A stretch of 64,000 bases of DNA from Eledone cirrhosa. Its lineage: Eukaryota. The DNA is taken from positions 353,710,001-353,774,000 of the forward strand of contig OZ024743.1 in the NCBI GenBank assembly GCA_964016885.1, given 5' to 3'. The notes beneath the pieces are model-generated. The model searched no databases. It was not told the origin of the DNA and worked only from the letters and a program-made list of their open reading frames with translations. Positions 13,934 through 27,699 of the stretch are shown here, piece by piece (within the stretch, counting starts at the first letter, position 1; the number at the start of each line of letters is the position of its first letter). A program made the position numbers and the translations under genes.

Positions 13934-14959
13934 GTGGCTCCAGCGTTATTTTTGTGTTGCAAAAATGCTTGTGGTCAAAACAATTTTGACTTCACGATGG
14001 AATACAGCCATCAACAACTCCCCTTCCTCGACATCCTCATTAAGATCCATAACAAAAAAATAGAAACAGACATATACTACAAGCCCACAGACTCCAAGCA
14101 ATATCTCCCCTTCAACTCTTGCCACCCTAGACACGTTAAAATTAATATTCCCTACAACTTAGCCAAGAGAATCTGTACTATAGTCTCCAATAAAAACATC
14201 TGCTACTTAAGGCTACAAGAACTAAACGACACACTCATAGGCAGGGACTACCCTGCATCACTAATTGACAATGGAATCCAACGTGCCCTAAAACTCAGTA
14301 CCCAGGACCTTAGACACCCTAAAGTAAATCAACCAAAACTAAAAGCTCTTCCATACATCTCCACACACAACCCCCTCAACAATGAGACCTTTGACACCAT
14401 CCTCCAGAACATCCCTGTATTGAAAAAGGACCATAAAATGAACCAAATTCTACGAACACACGATATCATAAAGAGCAAAAGACAATCCAAGTCAATGAAA
14501 AACATCTTAACACATGCCAAAGTACTGCCAACCACAACAACGAAACCCACAGTAAAAAAATGCGATAGACCCAACTGTGGCATTTGCATCAACCTAATAG
14601 AGGGTTCGGAATTCTATTTCAAAGATGGACAACGTTTTATAGTAAAACACAATTTCACATGTGCATCGGAAAATCTAATATATGTATTAACTTGTTCAGG
14701 TTGTCGAGAACAATACATAGGCCAGACCAAAAACAGCCTCCGCCAACGCATCACTGTCCATAGATCCCAAATTAAAATACGGGAATACAGGAAAATACCA
14801 CTGAGTGAACACATTGATACCTGTGCCGCTCAAAATCATCCCAACTTCAGAATCTTTCCCCTCTACAAATTTAAAGATTATGCCACCCACACCCAGCGCA
14901 TCAGCAAGGAATCTTACTTCATTAACAAATACGGACCCCGTCTAAACACTTCTCCCTAA
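13934..14959 (+). CDS. PLE RT C-terminus/thumb plus GIY-YIG endonuclease (partial; the first about 19 codons are read from the inverted arm)
   Basis: FTME..LPFLD..TDIYYKPTD..YL..NSCHP; linker C-x4-C-x2-C (CDRPNCGIC) as in the Neptune clade; LIY.LTC.GC..QYIGQT..LRQR..H...SEH...E...LN. Confidence 0.9.
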   Translation: MAPALFLCCKNACGQNNFDFTMEYSHQQLPFLDILIKIHNKKIETDIYYKPTDSKQYLPFNSCHPRHVKINIPYNLAKRICTIVSNKNICYLRLQELNDTLIGRDYPASLIDNGIQRALKLSTQDLRHPKVNQPKLKALPYISTHNPLNNETFDTILQNIPVLKKDHKMNQILRTHDIIKSKRQSKSMKNILTHAKVLPTTTTKPTVKKCDRPNCGICINLIEGSEFYFKDGQRFIVKHNFTCASENLIYVLTCSGCREQYIGQTKNSLRQRITVHRSQIKIREYRKIPLSEHIDTCAAQNHPNFRIFPLYKFKDYATHTQRISKESYFINKYGPRLNTSP

Positions 14960-15074
14960 GACGAACCCACAACATACACACGTCAACATACATACCTACA
15001 TCAGCACACATCTCTACCCACATATAAACACAATGACACACGTAAACACACATGCTCTATGGTGCAATACAAAA

Positions 15075-15108
<34 letters not shown>

Positions 15109-15565
15109 TATGTGCATATATATGTATGTATATATGTATATATGTATATATATATATATATATGTAGTGAATATATGTATGTGTATATATATATAGTGAA
15201 TATCATTTCACACCTTTTATTGTTAAGATTTTTGATGTTCTATTAAGAGAACCGATTTTACTGAAAAAATCGAATAATGTACACCATTTTACCAGGGGGA
15301 AAAAAATACTGGTCCACCCACACACACTCACATATATACACAAACACATACACACGCGTACATAAACATACAAAGAGACTTATACACACACACACACACA
15401 CGCATTTCTCCGTATAAGACAAAAGCTGAAAAATATCTTTTGACCTTCGAATGACTCTGCTACACACACACACACACACACACACACACTTATCTTAATA
15501 GCCATTTGACACACATCGCTGCTGGCCATTGTCGCAGCATCGAACACCTTATTACTACTACTACT

Positions 15566-15675
<110 letters not shown>

Positions 15676-15988
15676 TTGTTGTGAAAGAGTCATTTCTCAA
15701 TCTTGGCGCAAAACCAATTTTTATCCACATGACCTCTACCGACCAATCAAAATTGTTTTGACCAAGAATTTTTGCTGGAGCCACTTTTTTAACATAAAAA
15801 CAGTCTTGGCGCAAAATCAACTTTTTACATTCACATGACCTCTACCGACCAATCAAAATTGTTTTGACCACAAGCATTTTTGCAACACAAAAATAACGCT
15901 GGAGCCACTTTTTTAACATAAAAACAGGTAGAATTCCCAAAACTAATCAGATCAGAGCAAACAGCACGGACACTCTATCTCAAAATTA

Positions 15989-16025
15989 TTTTTGAAAAGC
16001 ATTTAGAAATGCGCAACCGGTAAAA
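15989..16025 (+). ncRNA. Variant hammerhead-like motif (U3-A8, GCAA)
   Basis: Identical to 4095-4131; antisense copy at 13817-13853. Confidence 0.5.
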
Positions 16026-16143
16026 ACTTAAAAACTTAAAACCACAACTGAATACTAACCCATACAATCACTAATACTCTTTTATTCCTAATTAAACCAT
16101 TTTTCAACTGTGAACAATTTGTCAGCATTTTCTATTCCGTTTA

Positions 16144-16242
<99 letters not shown>

Positions 16243-16647
16243 TACATACATATATACATACATATATATATATAAATACCCCTAAAACATGTATAATCTA
16301 TGTATAAACTAGAGTGCCTTAAGCTATGACGACAAATCCAATATGTATATTTTGATAGGAATGACGCAGAAACTATTGGTTTTGGCAGGGGAAATTAAAA
16401 ATGGCAGCCTTCATGAAATTTATTCATGTCACAGTCCATAGATCTCATCTTTAAGATGTTTGGATTACAATGTTTCTTCTGTATCTTACACATACCCCGC
16501 TCAAATCAGTAGCATGGAATTCTACCGTTGTTCTGTGAGATGAAATAAAAATTCCTTTGTGTTGCTTTCACCGCCGATTTGAATAGTGAGTGGATTTCAA
16601 ATGCTACACAGATATATATATATGTATATATATATATATACACACAC

Positions 16648-16815
<168 letters not shown>

Positions 16816-16887
16816 CTGTATATTACAGTTAAAAAAAGACTCAATGCGTTGATAGAGTATATGCACATATAATAAATAAATAAATAA

Positions 16888-16948
<61 letters not shown>

Positions 16949-17076
16949 TATATATAAGTGCACACACACACACACACATACACACACGCTCATATATATA
17001 TATATATTTATATATATTAAGAAAAGGAAGAAAGACTATCGTATAAACAACTTCAGTTTATTTCATTACATCATAC

Positions 17077-17146
17077 CCGTTATGTATATTTCAAACGTAT
17101 CAAGCATCGTTATTCAACAGTTATTTAATGTGTTGTCGTCAGAAAG
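17077..17146 (-). ncRNA. Decayed type I hammerhead
   Basis: cttt CUGACGA caac...gttt GAA AUAUACAU A acgg; related to 55212-55269; stems eroded. Confidence 0.45.
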
Positions 17147-17299
17147 TTGCTTGAATGTAAATAAAAATACTGTTTCGTTTTCGATTTTGACATCTCTTCT
17201 ATATACTGGACGAACTCTTGGTGTACGGAAATTTTGGAGGAATACGAAAGGTTGACGATAGCAAAGATCAGCCAGAAAAGTCGGTGGGTTTGCAGCACG

Positions 17300-18392
17300 G
17301 TACCTGGAGAGACAGATCCATGCCGTTCAACAGCGTCCTTAGATGTTTGACGGATGGTCAAACAAAGTTGTTTGGGGTCTGGTTCGGTTCAGACCTCCAA
17401 GTGGATAAGCACTAGGATGAGGTAACCAACAGGTGTGGTAACCATTTGTGAGATAGGTCTCTCCGAAGCTCGTCTCTTTGATTGAGCTGCAGTCGTGGGT
17501 CAATCGACGACTGAGACTGGGAGCCTGGCATCTGGAATGTTGTCGGACGCTCGTAGCCCTCTACCAGACGGGTAATGTGGTCTTTGGAATTTCCACTCTA
17601 GTGTTAGTTCTATAGAGGGCTAGTGGTGAAAAACGATCGCGGAGAACCGTTGGGCGAAATCGAACCTATCAGCGGTTGCGGAGAATTTTGGAACCGGGGA
17701 CTATGGAAAATTTCCAAAAAACCTTGGCTTGGCAGTGCTACAGGAGTCACTGCCAATTCGAGAAAATCTCTACAATCACTGAAGTGCTGTTTGACGGACC
17801 TGTCCGAGATGCGCGTAGAGCGATGAAACCGTTCTGCATGCACTCATCCAGTGTCCGAGCATAGCTGTCTTGTGGAGCTTTGTCAAACAGCTGTTATCGT
17901 ATGCAGGACGGGTCCGGCTATCGAAGACGCCCCGCCGCTTTCTTTGGAACAGGAAAGGCAGGAAGTTTTCCTCTGTCTCATGGCTGCAGCGAAAGAGAAA
18001 GCCGCTGAATGGTCTGAAAACAGAGACTTTCCTCTTCAGCCAAGCTCTAATCAACCTTTTCAAGTTTCACTTGGAAAAGAAGGGAAAGGTGGAGAGGGAA
18101 GTGCTGTCCTCAGTACATTTGTTAAAATGTAGTGAGAATGGCCCTTTTAGCTGGTTATTTTAGAGATGATGGGCTCCTTCTGATGGTTCTCGTGTTGATT
18201 AGGGTGGTTTATGATCTGTGGGGTTCCTAAGTTACCCCTAGATGGTACTCTCCCTATTGGGGATTGTGTTCTTATTTATTTTATTGTCTATTGTCATCTA
18301 TTTTCTTTCTGTTAAAACGATTCTATGTAAATCTCCATTGTCCCTGTTTTTGTATTGTCCTTTATGGCCCCACTGGCCAATAAAGAAATAAG
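17300..18392 (+). mobile_element. Tx1/L1-clade LINE 3' fragment, internally deleted
   Basis: KLFGVWFGSDLQVDK; C-terminal TETFLFSQALINLFKFHLEKK; ends ggccaataaagaaataagaata; homologous to 27715-28900 and 33340-34615. Confidence 0.8.
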
Positions 18393-18393
18393 A

Positions 18394-18905
18394 ATAATTG
18401 TTTCTACTTTTGTCACAAGGCTAGCAATTATCCCATCGCATTACTGGTACTTTATTTTATCGACCCCGTAAGGATGAAAAGCAAAGTTAACCTCGGCGGG
18501 ATTTGAACTCATACCGTAGAGGGCAGTAACTCTATGCTGCAAAGCATGGTGTAGCACTCTCTATCGATACTGCCAATCCAAATAATGATAATTACTATTA
18601 TTTTTTATCGTTATATAGAATAAGGAAACTTTTCGGAGGTGGTCAAGCAGTTTTTCATTTTATTAATATCACCCACTTAGGGCGGTGGATTGCCAGTATC
18701 GGTGGAGGGTCGGACGCCATGCTTTTTAGCATAGAGTTACAGCCCTTTATGATCTGAGTTCAAATCCCACCGAGGCTAAATTTGCCTTTCATCCTTACGA
18801 GGTCGATAAAATTAAGTACCAGCCACGCACTGGGGTCGATTTAATCGACCCCCCCCCCCCAAAAAAAAAAAATTGCTGGCCTTGTGCCTATATAAGAAAC
18901 CATTA
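18394..18905. mobile_element. Two major SINE copies in opposite orientation (18394-18580 minus; 18680-18905 plus)
   Basis: SINE core motifs on both strands. Confidence 0.85.
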
Positions 18906-19111
18906 TAATCATCCACTGCTTTTTTTTTTAATATATTTGTCTTTGTATTATCAATAGATCTTTAGTCAACTTTCTATGTATTTTTAGCAGTTTTTAGTTA
19001 TTTCTCTTTTGATCTTGTATTTATCCACAAACCATGAAAATAACTTGAACTCCTGACACAATGGAACCCTACGTAAACACACACACACGCACACACACAC
19101 GCACGCACACA

Positions 19112-19176
<65 letters not shown>

Positions 19177-19405
19177 ACACACACACACATACACACACCA
19201 CAGAGCATCAAAATACCAGTTGGACCTTTATTCTGAATAGAAAAGGAGCTGTCTATTTAAATCAATAGAATGTTCTAGCAAATCACTTGAATCCTGAGCT
19301 GTTAAACCCCTCTTCCACCCTCACCACCCCACCATCCTAAGGAAAATATATATAAGAAGAGGTTTTGAGAGCAAATTCACATATATTTTAAATGCCCACC
19401 TTTTT

Positions 19406-19448
19406 AATATTTGATAAGATTATCACACCAATCGAAACCGGTAAAATT
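19406..19448 (+). ncRNA. Hammerhead with U3-A8 covariant core in a diverged PLE pLTR remnant
   Basis: aatat UUGAUAA gatt-atcacacc-aatc GAA ACCGGU A aaatt; the following aaaacttaaaccc resembles the Neptune pLTR. Confidence 0.55.
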
Positions 19449-20238
19449 TGATAAAACTTAAACCCATTTAATGTAACAATTATAAAGAGATTTATCCTGT
19501 CTGATTAAAGATAAAGTAATCTTTAAATATACCCCTGTACTTTTTATCCCCACCTCTCTCTGTATATGTATATATATATACATATATGTTGTTATATATA
19601 TATATTGACCACCACAGAATCCACTAAACATCATAGGAATTTACCAACATTTCAACCATCCTCTTACGGAATCACCTATATAACTCACCCACACACACAC
19701 CCAAACATTTTTTTTCTCCCACACGCCACCTACACCCACAACACGCTTAAACCCCCCACACACACGTACTTTCCACCACATATTTACACCCTCAGCCTCC
19801 TGATTCCTCTCCCCCCACCCCTCTATCCACACACGCACAGACACTCCGATCTACAACCCCCCACAAACACCTCTTCCTGAACATGCAACCCCGTTCTTCC
19901 CCCAACCCTTATTTTCACATACACACACACACACACACACGTACACCTACATACACACACCACCTTCAGCCCTCCCCGCTCGGACACCCCGTCTCCCTCT
20001 CCCCACTCCACCCGCCACCACCCCTACACACCCCACACTCTTCCACCACCTGTTTTACCCTTTTTAATTTCAGTTTATTTTGATCATGCTTTTATATTTA
20101 ATTTTATTTCATTCCTTGTATTTTGATCATGCTTTATTTTTACTTTTATTTTTAATTTCATTCGCACCGTTTCCTTTCGCTATATGTCTCTCCACCACTC
20201 CCCTACACACCCTTTGAACTCTGTTCCCACACACTTCT

Positions 20239-20272
20239 CACCCGAGGAAGGGCTTATGCCCGAAACGTCGTT
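20239..20272 (+). ncRNA. Minimal hammerhead-like motif (CCGAGGA core) near the 3' end of a PLE-like remnant (about 19600-20362)
   Basis: CCGAGGA a gggc-ttat-gccc GAA ACGU C; stem I is only 2 bp; the element ends in (TA)n. Confidence 0.5.
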
Positions 20273-20359
20273 CCCCACCACCACCCCACTCTCCAGAGCG
20301 TGAAATTAATAAACATTCGTTGTACTGCTTCTCTGTTTTGTTCCTGTTCAAATTTTTCC

Positions 20360-20792
<433 letters not shown>

Positions 20793-21069
20793 ATATATAT
20801 ATATGCCAGGTCACTCTTAAGCGCTACTGGTAACATGTAACTCAGTACAACCTGTTGCATGGTCAGGTCGTCGATAACTAGACCAGTAATTCCATGAAGG
20901 GTGACATTGGAATCTAGCTGGATGAAAAACAAAACCCGTCAATGGGCGGATGAACTCATAAGAGTCAACGGCTATCAATGTGTGTGCATGTATGTATATA
21001 ATTATGTGTGATTGTGTATGTTTATTTATTTTATATTTTTTATATGTAATCTTCTCCATTTTAACTCTT

Positions 21070-21770
21070 TTAACTTTTAACTCTGGAAGAGTGACAATAA
21101 TTCTTGCTGGCGATTTCAGACAAACTCTGCCTGTAATTTCTAGAGGGAACCAAGCTGATTAGGTCAATGCCTGCACGTGACTGGTCATGAAGCTGTCGAT
21201 GAGTTTGCCATCCAGCTTTGCGAAATGAACTTCTCGAAAAGGATTCCAAAGACCAGATTCAGTTGTCATTTGGCCATATCATTAAAACAGAACAAGAACT
21301 GATTGCCAGAATATTTCCAAACATTCAAATCAGACAATGTGATCCCAAATGTCTCTGGGAATGAGAAATCGTAGCACTGACAAACGCTACTGTGAACGAA
21401 ATCAACAGAAGGCTACTGGACATATTACTGGGAGAGATACTGAAACTTGAGGTATCGGTTATGCTCCTTCGTAGTCACAACCATATCAGGAATATTTGAT
21501 GATGACAATTATTTCATTACCGGAATACCTCTGAAGCCAATCGATTTGTTATTTGAATTTCAAAGGCCACAATTTTCTATCAGCCTCAGTTTTTCCATGA
21601 CTATCAATAAATCTCAAGGGCAATAATTGAAAATCGTTGGGTTGAACCTGGCAGATCTTGTCTTTCAACATGGTCAACTCTATGTTGGTACCACAAGGGT
21701 TGGAAACTGTATTTTCATTAGCGCCACAGGGCAAAAACAAAAATGTTGTTTATCCAGAGGCTTTGGAATG
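21070..21770 (+). pseudogene. Helitron PIF1-like helicase relic
   Basis: ILAGDFRQTLPVISRG and QFSISLSFSMTINKSQGQ*LKIVGLNL...FQHGQLYV motifs with stops and frameshifts. Confidence 0.8.
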
Positions 21771-22264
21771 AACAAGTATATGAACAAGACAATACCGTAA
21801 TTCCTACTTCAATGACAATACACATAGATCTTAATTCCTTAGTCTTATAGTTTGTAAGGAATTCTGAAGTACCAACTTTACTGCATAGTATTACTTTGAG
21901 AGAAAACGCAAGAATCCCGGGTATCTCAGTTATATAAAGTAGTATAATTGAGACCTTTGTGTCATAGATAGACCTGTTAGAAATAACGACCAAATTCCCT
22001 TCAATCCCTACTGTCTCATGTATGTATATATGTATGAAGTAAAAAGGAAAGGCTGTACGTGATAGTTCGATCTACTAGAAATATTAGCAAAATTCCCTTC
22101 AAATCACAGCCAACTGTCTTACACACACACACACACACACATAGACGCACACAAACATACACACACACCACACACACACACACGCACGTATACACATACA
22201 GATGTATGTATATATGTATGTGGGAGCCACTGTAATTGTTGGTATACCAACAATTATAGTGGCT

Positions 22265-22468
22265 CAATTGGGCAGTGGATTGGCAGTATCGGTCGGACAC
22301 CAGAACGTCGGACACCATGCTTTACAGAATAAAGTTATGGCAATTTACGTTCTGAGTTCAAATCCCACCGAGGTTAACTTTGCCTTTCATCCTTACGGGG
22401 GTCGAGAAAATAAAGTACCAGTAATGCACTGGGATAATTGCTGGCCTTGTACCAAAAGTAGAAACAGG
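22265..22468 (+). mobile_element. Major SINE
   Basis: ggcagtggattggcagtatcgg...gagttcaaatccc...agtagaaaca. Confidence 0.85.
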
Positions 22469-23028
22469 TGTACCTGATAGAAATAGAAAACAAATCTCCT
22501 TCAAACACAATCCTACTACCTTAAAGACAAAGGTGGGTGTAAAGCTACAGTGTAAAAATTTAAATACACTTTCCTGAATTACAGAAATGAATAAATAAAT
22601 ACTTCATAATAGTTAATTCATGAGCCAATACTAACTTCGTTTTGTATTTTATTTTATTTATGGTTTTCAAAATAGCCTTCAGGTGCTTCGTTTTGAATTC
22701 CAGAGATTCTGATTGTGCAAAAAGAGAAGATAAATAAAAAATACCAAATTTATTTTTTAGTCTTGTCTTTTTCAGTGACAACATATCTGTGATTTATCTA
22801 TGGGCGAAGTTTGCTGACTGTAAAAGGGAGTAGTATTCAAAAGAACACTGGCCAAAAGTAATAATATTTTTATATAGATGCTTTGCATTGAATAAGCAAC
22901 AATGAAAAGCCTGCTATAATTCCTACGTCAGTGAAAATTGAGTAATCCTATTTTATTGGTAAAATATTTTGTAAAATGTGCCAAAATATATTGTAACTTT
23001 CACAAAATACCTGGACCGGATACTTCTG

Positions 23029-24532
<1,504 letters not shown>

Positions 24533-24543
24533 TACATATATAC

Positions 24544-24615
<72 letters not shown>

Positions 24616-25552
24616 TACATATATACATATACATATATATATTATATTTACATCTATACATATATATGTTATATATGTTATATTTACATATTAACATATA
24701 TATGTTATATATGTTATATTTACATATATACATATATATGTTATATTTACATATATACATACATACACACACACACACTCACACACACACGCATACACCC
24801 CACCCACATATATATATAGTTAAATGAAATAATCAAAACACTGGAGGCAATTTGTACACAGCGATATTAGGTATCCATGCGTACATACATGCATACAAAC
24901 ACATGGATACACATATATATTTGCTATATAATGTTCGCCATTATTCCTCTATGTCATGATTTCCAGATATAGTACTGTGATTTTCTTCAAATACCAAACG
25001 GAATGAGTTAATGGACTGAGGAGTGTGTTTTCTGAAAGAGAGATCTCTAACTCCTTTATAGGTTGTCGATGTATGATTGATAAAAATATTAGCATGTTAA
25101 TCAATACTTACTTTACAGTCATTTTTTCCCTTAAGAGTCAGTTCTAGAATTCGGCAATTGCATGTCGACGTTTTTATGTCGTTTGTGTGCAAAATGTTTT
25201 CATTCGGTTATGATCTAGGGAGCATGCTAGACATTTCTGGACTTTTTTCGTTTGAATTTCAGAACATAAACAAATATATATATATTATTATTAGGGTAAA
25301 CATTGATGCAATTCAATTCAAGCACTCAACGTACTTTTTCCACATAGGGGTGACGGAGTAAATATCGAATAAGGAAAAGCGAAGTAGTTTCAGATGTTCA
25401 AGGGAACGGATGAAAAACCCAAAAGCACGAACTTCATCCGTTCCCATGTCGATTCAATTTGGATTGCCTCGGAAACAACCTTATTATGTAACAAGCTGTC
25501 TGATGATGACACGACACTCGCACACAGAACAGTGTGGCCAGTGTCGTCATTG

Positions 25553-25594
<42 letters not shown>

Positions 25595-25895
25595 GAGGGA
25601 GGGGAGATTCGGTTATGATCGAGGGAGCATGCTAGACATTTCTGGACTCTTTTCGTTTGAATTTCAGAACGTAAACAAATATATATATATATATATATAT
25701 ATACAGAGAGAGAGAGGGGGGGGGGGGGAGAGAGAGAGAGAGAGAGAGAGTTATTCACTCACTGTTGAAACACCGTGAGCTTAGTCGTCTCACACTAACC
25801 TTTAACAATATATACTCGTTACTTTCCCAAGTATCGATACTTACCTGAATATAGTTTTATTCGTCTAACTGGTAACTCCCATTATACATACATAC

Positions 25896-26374
<479 letters not shown>

Positions 26375-26375
26375 C

Positions 26376-26424
<49 letters not shown>

Positions 26425-26426
<2 letters not shown>

Positions 26427-26620
26427 CAAAGGAATTGTGGTAAGGAACCAGATGGACCATAACGCACCAGAGTACTCAATAGTTAGGGTAGTAGAGTGGG
26501 AAATAGGAAAAAGTATGACCCCGACGGTAGAGCTCGAGCCGTTTCGACGGCTATTTCTGGAGTCCAGAAATAGCCGTCGAAACGGCTCGAGTTCTGCCGT
26601 CGGGGTCATACTTTTTCCTA

Positions 26621-26621
<1 letters not shown>
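26425..26621 (+). mobile_element. Fold-back mini-element: near-perfect palindrome (about 26503-26621) holding the 3' half of a hammerhead
   Basis: gacggctatttctgga-g-tccagaaatagccgtc GAA ACGGC..GCCGU C gggg; (TA)n flanks. Confidence 0.7.
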
Positions 26622-26651
<30 letters not shown>

Positions 26652-26690
26652 GTTATATGTATATATTTATATATTACATCTCTCTCTCTA

Positions 26691-26792
<102 letters not shown>

Positions 26793-26875
26793 TATATAAA
26801 ATATATATGTTATATATATAAAATATATATATTATATATATAATAAGTATATAATATACATATATAATATATATG

Positions 26876-26994
<119 letters not shown>

Positions 26995-27532
26995 TATATT
27001 TCTGTTTGTGGCACATAATTATATTATTTCATATTGACATATGCCTTTCATTCAATTTTATTTCTTAAAACTCAACATGAAAATAAAAAACAACAACCAA
27101 ACATAGAAAAGGATAAAAAAAACAACCTTATTAGCAATAGTCTTAACTCATTTTCGAAACTGGCGGTTATAATCGAATGTGTTGCTTGGTTGTATATCCA
27201 GTGAGCCATTTGATTGGAATTTAATCTCTTTCAATTGCTAATATCGAATATCTAAATAACGGTCTTTTTTTTTCTATCTGTTTCCCCAGATTTTAAAATT
27301 GTACTTTGTATTAATTTTGTATTAACCTGTTCTTTTTTCTCTGTTTGTTTTCCATGTTAACTCCAACCAACGAATTCAAAATATACGGCTTTGTCTCACT
27401 ACACAACACCATAATAACGACAACAACTAGCATAACAACAACAGCAACAACAACAACAACAATAATAATAAGTTTGACAATGATAATAATGATGTTAATG
27501 ATGTTGATGATGATGATGATTTAAACACAAGG

Positions 27533-27690
27533 TTTCTGATTTAAACACAAGGCCAGCAATTTTTGGAGAGGGGGAAATCGATTAAATCGACACCAGTACG
27601 TTACTGGTACTTTATTTTATAGACCCCGTAAGGATGAAAAAAGGCAAAACTAGCCTCGGCGGGATTTGAACTCAGAACGTAAAGGGCCAT
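27533..27690 (-). mobile_element. Major SINE (truncated)
   Basis: SINE core motifs. Confidence 0.8.
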
Positions 27691-27699
27691 AATAATAAA

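Noticed and set aside
13934-13990. Apparent N-terminus MAPALFLCCKNACGQNNF of the 341-aa ORF
   Set aside because: Chance read-through from the antisense pLTR arm; the element is 5'-truncated and lacks the RT catalytic motifs
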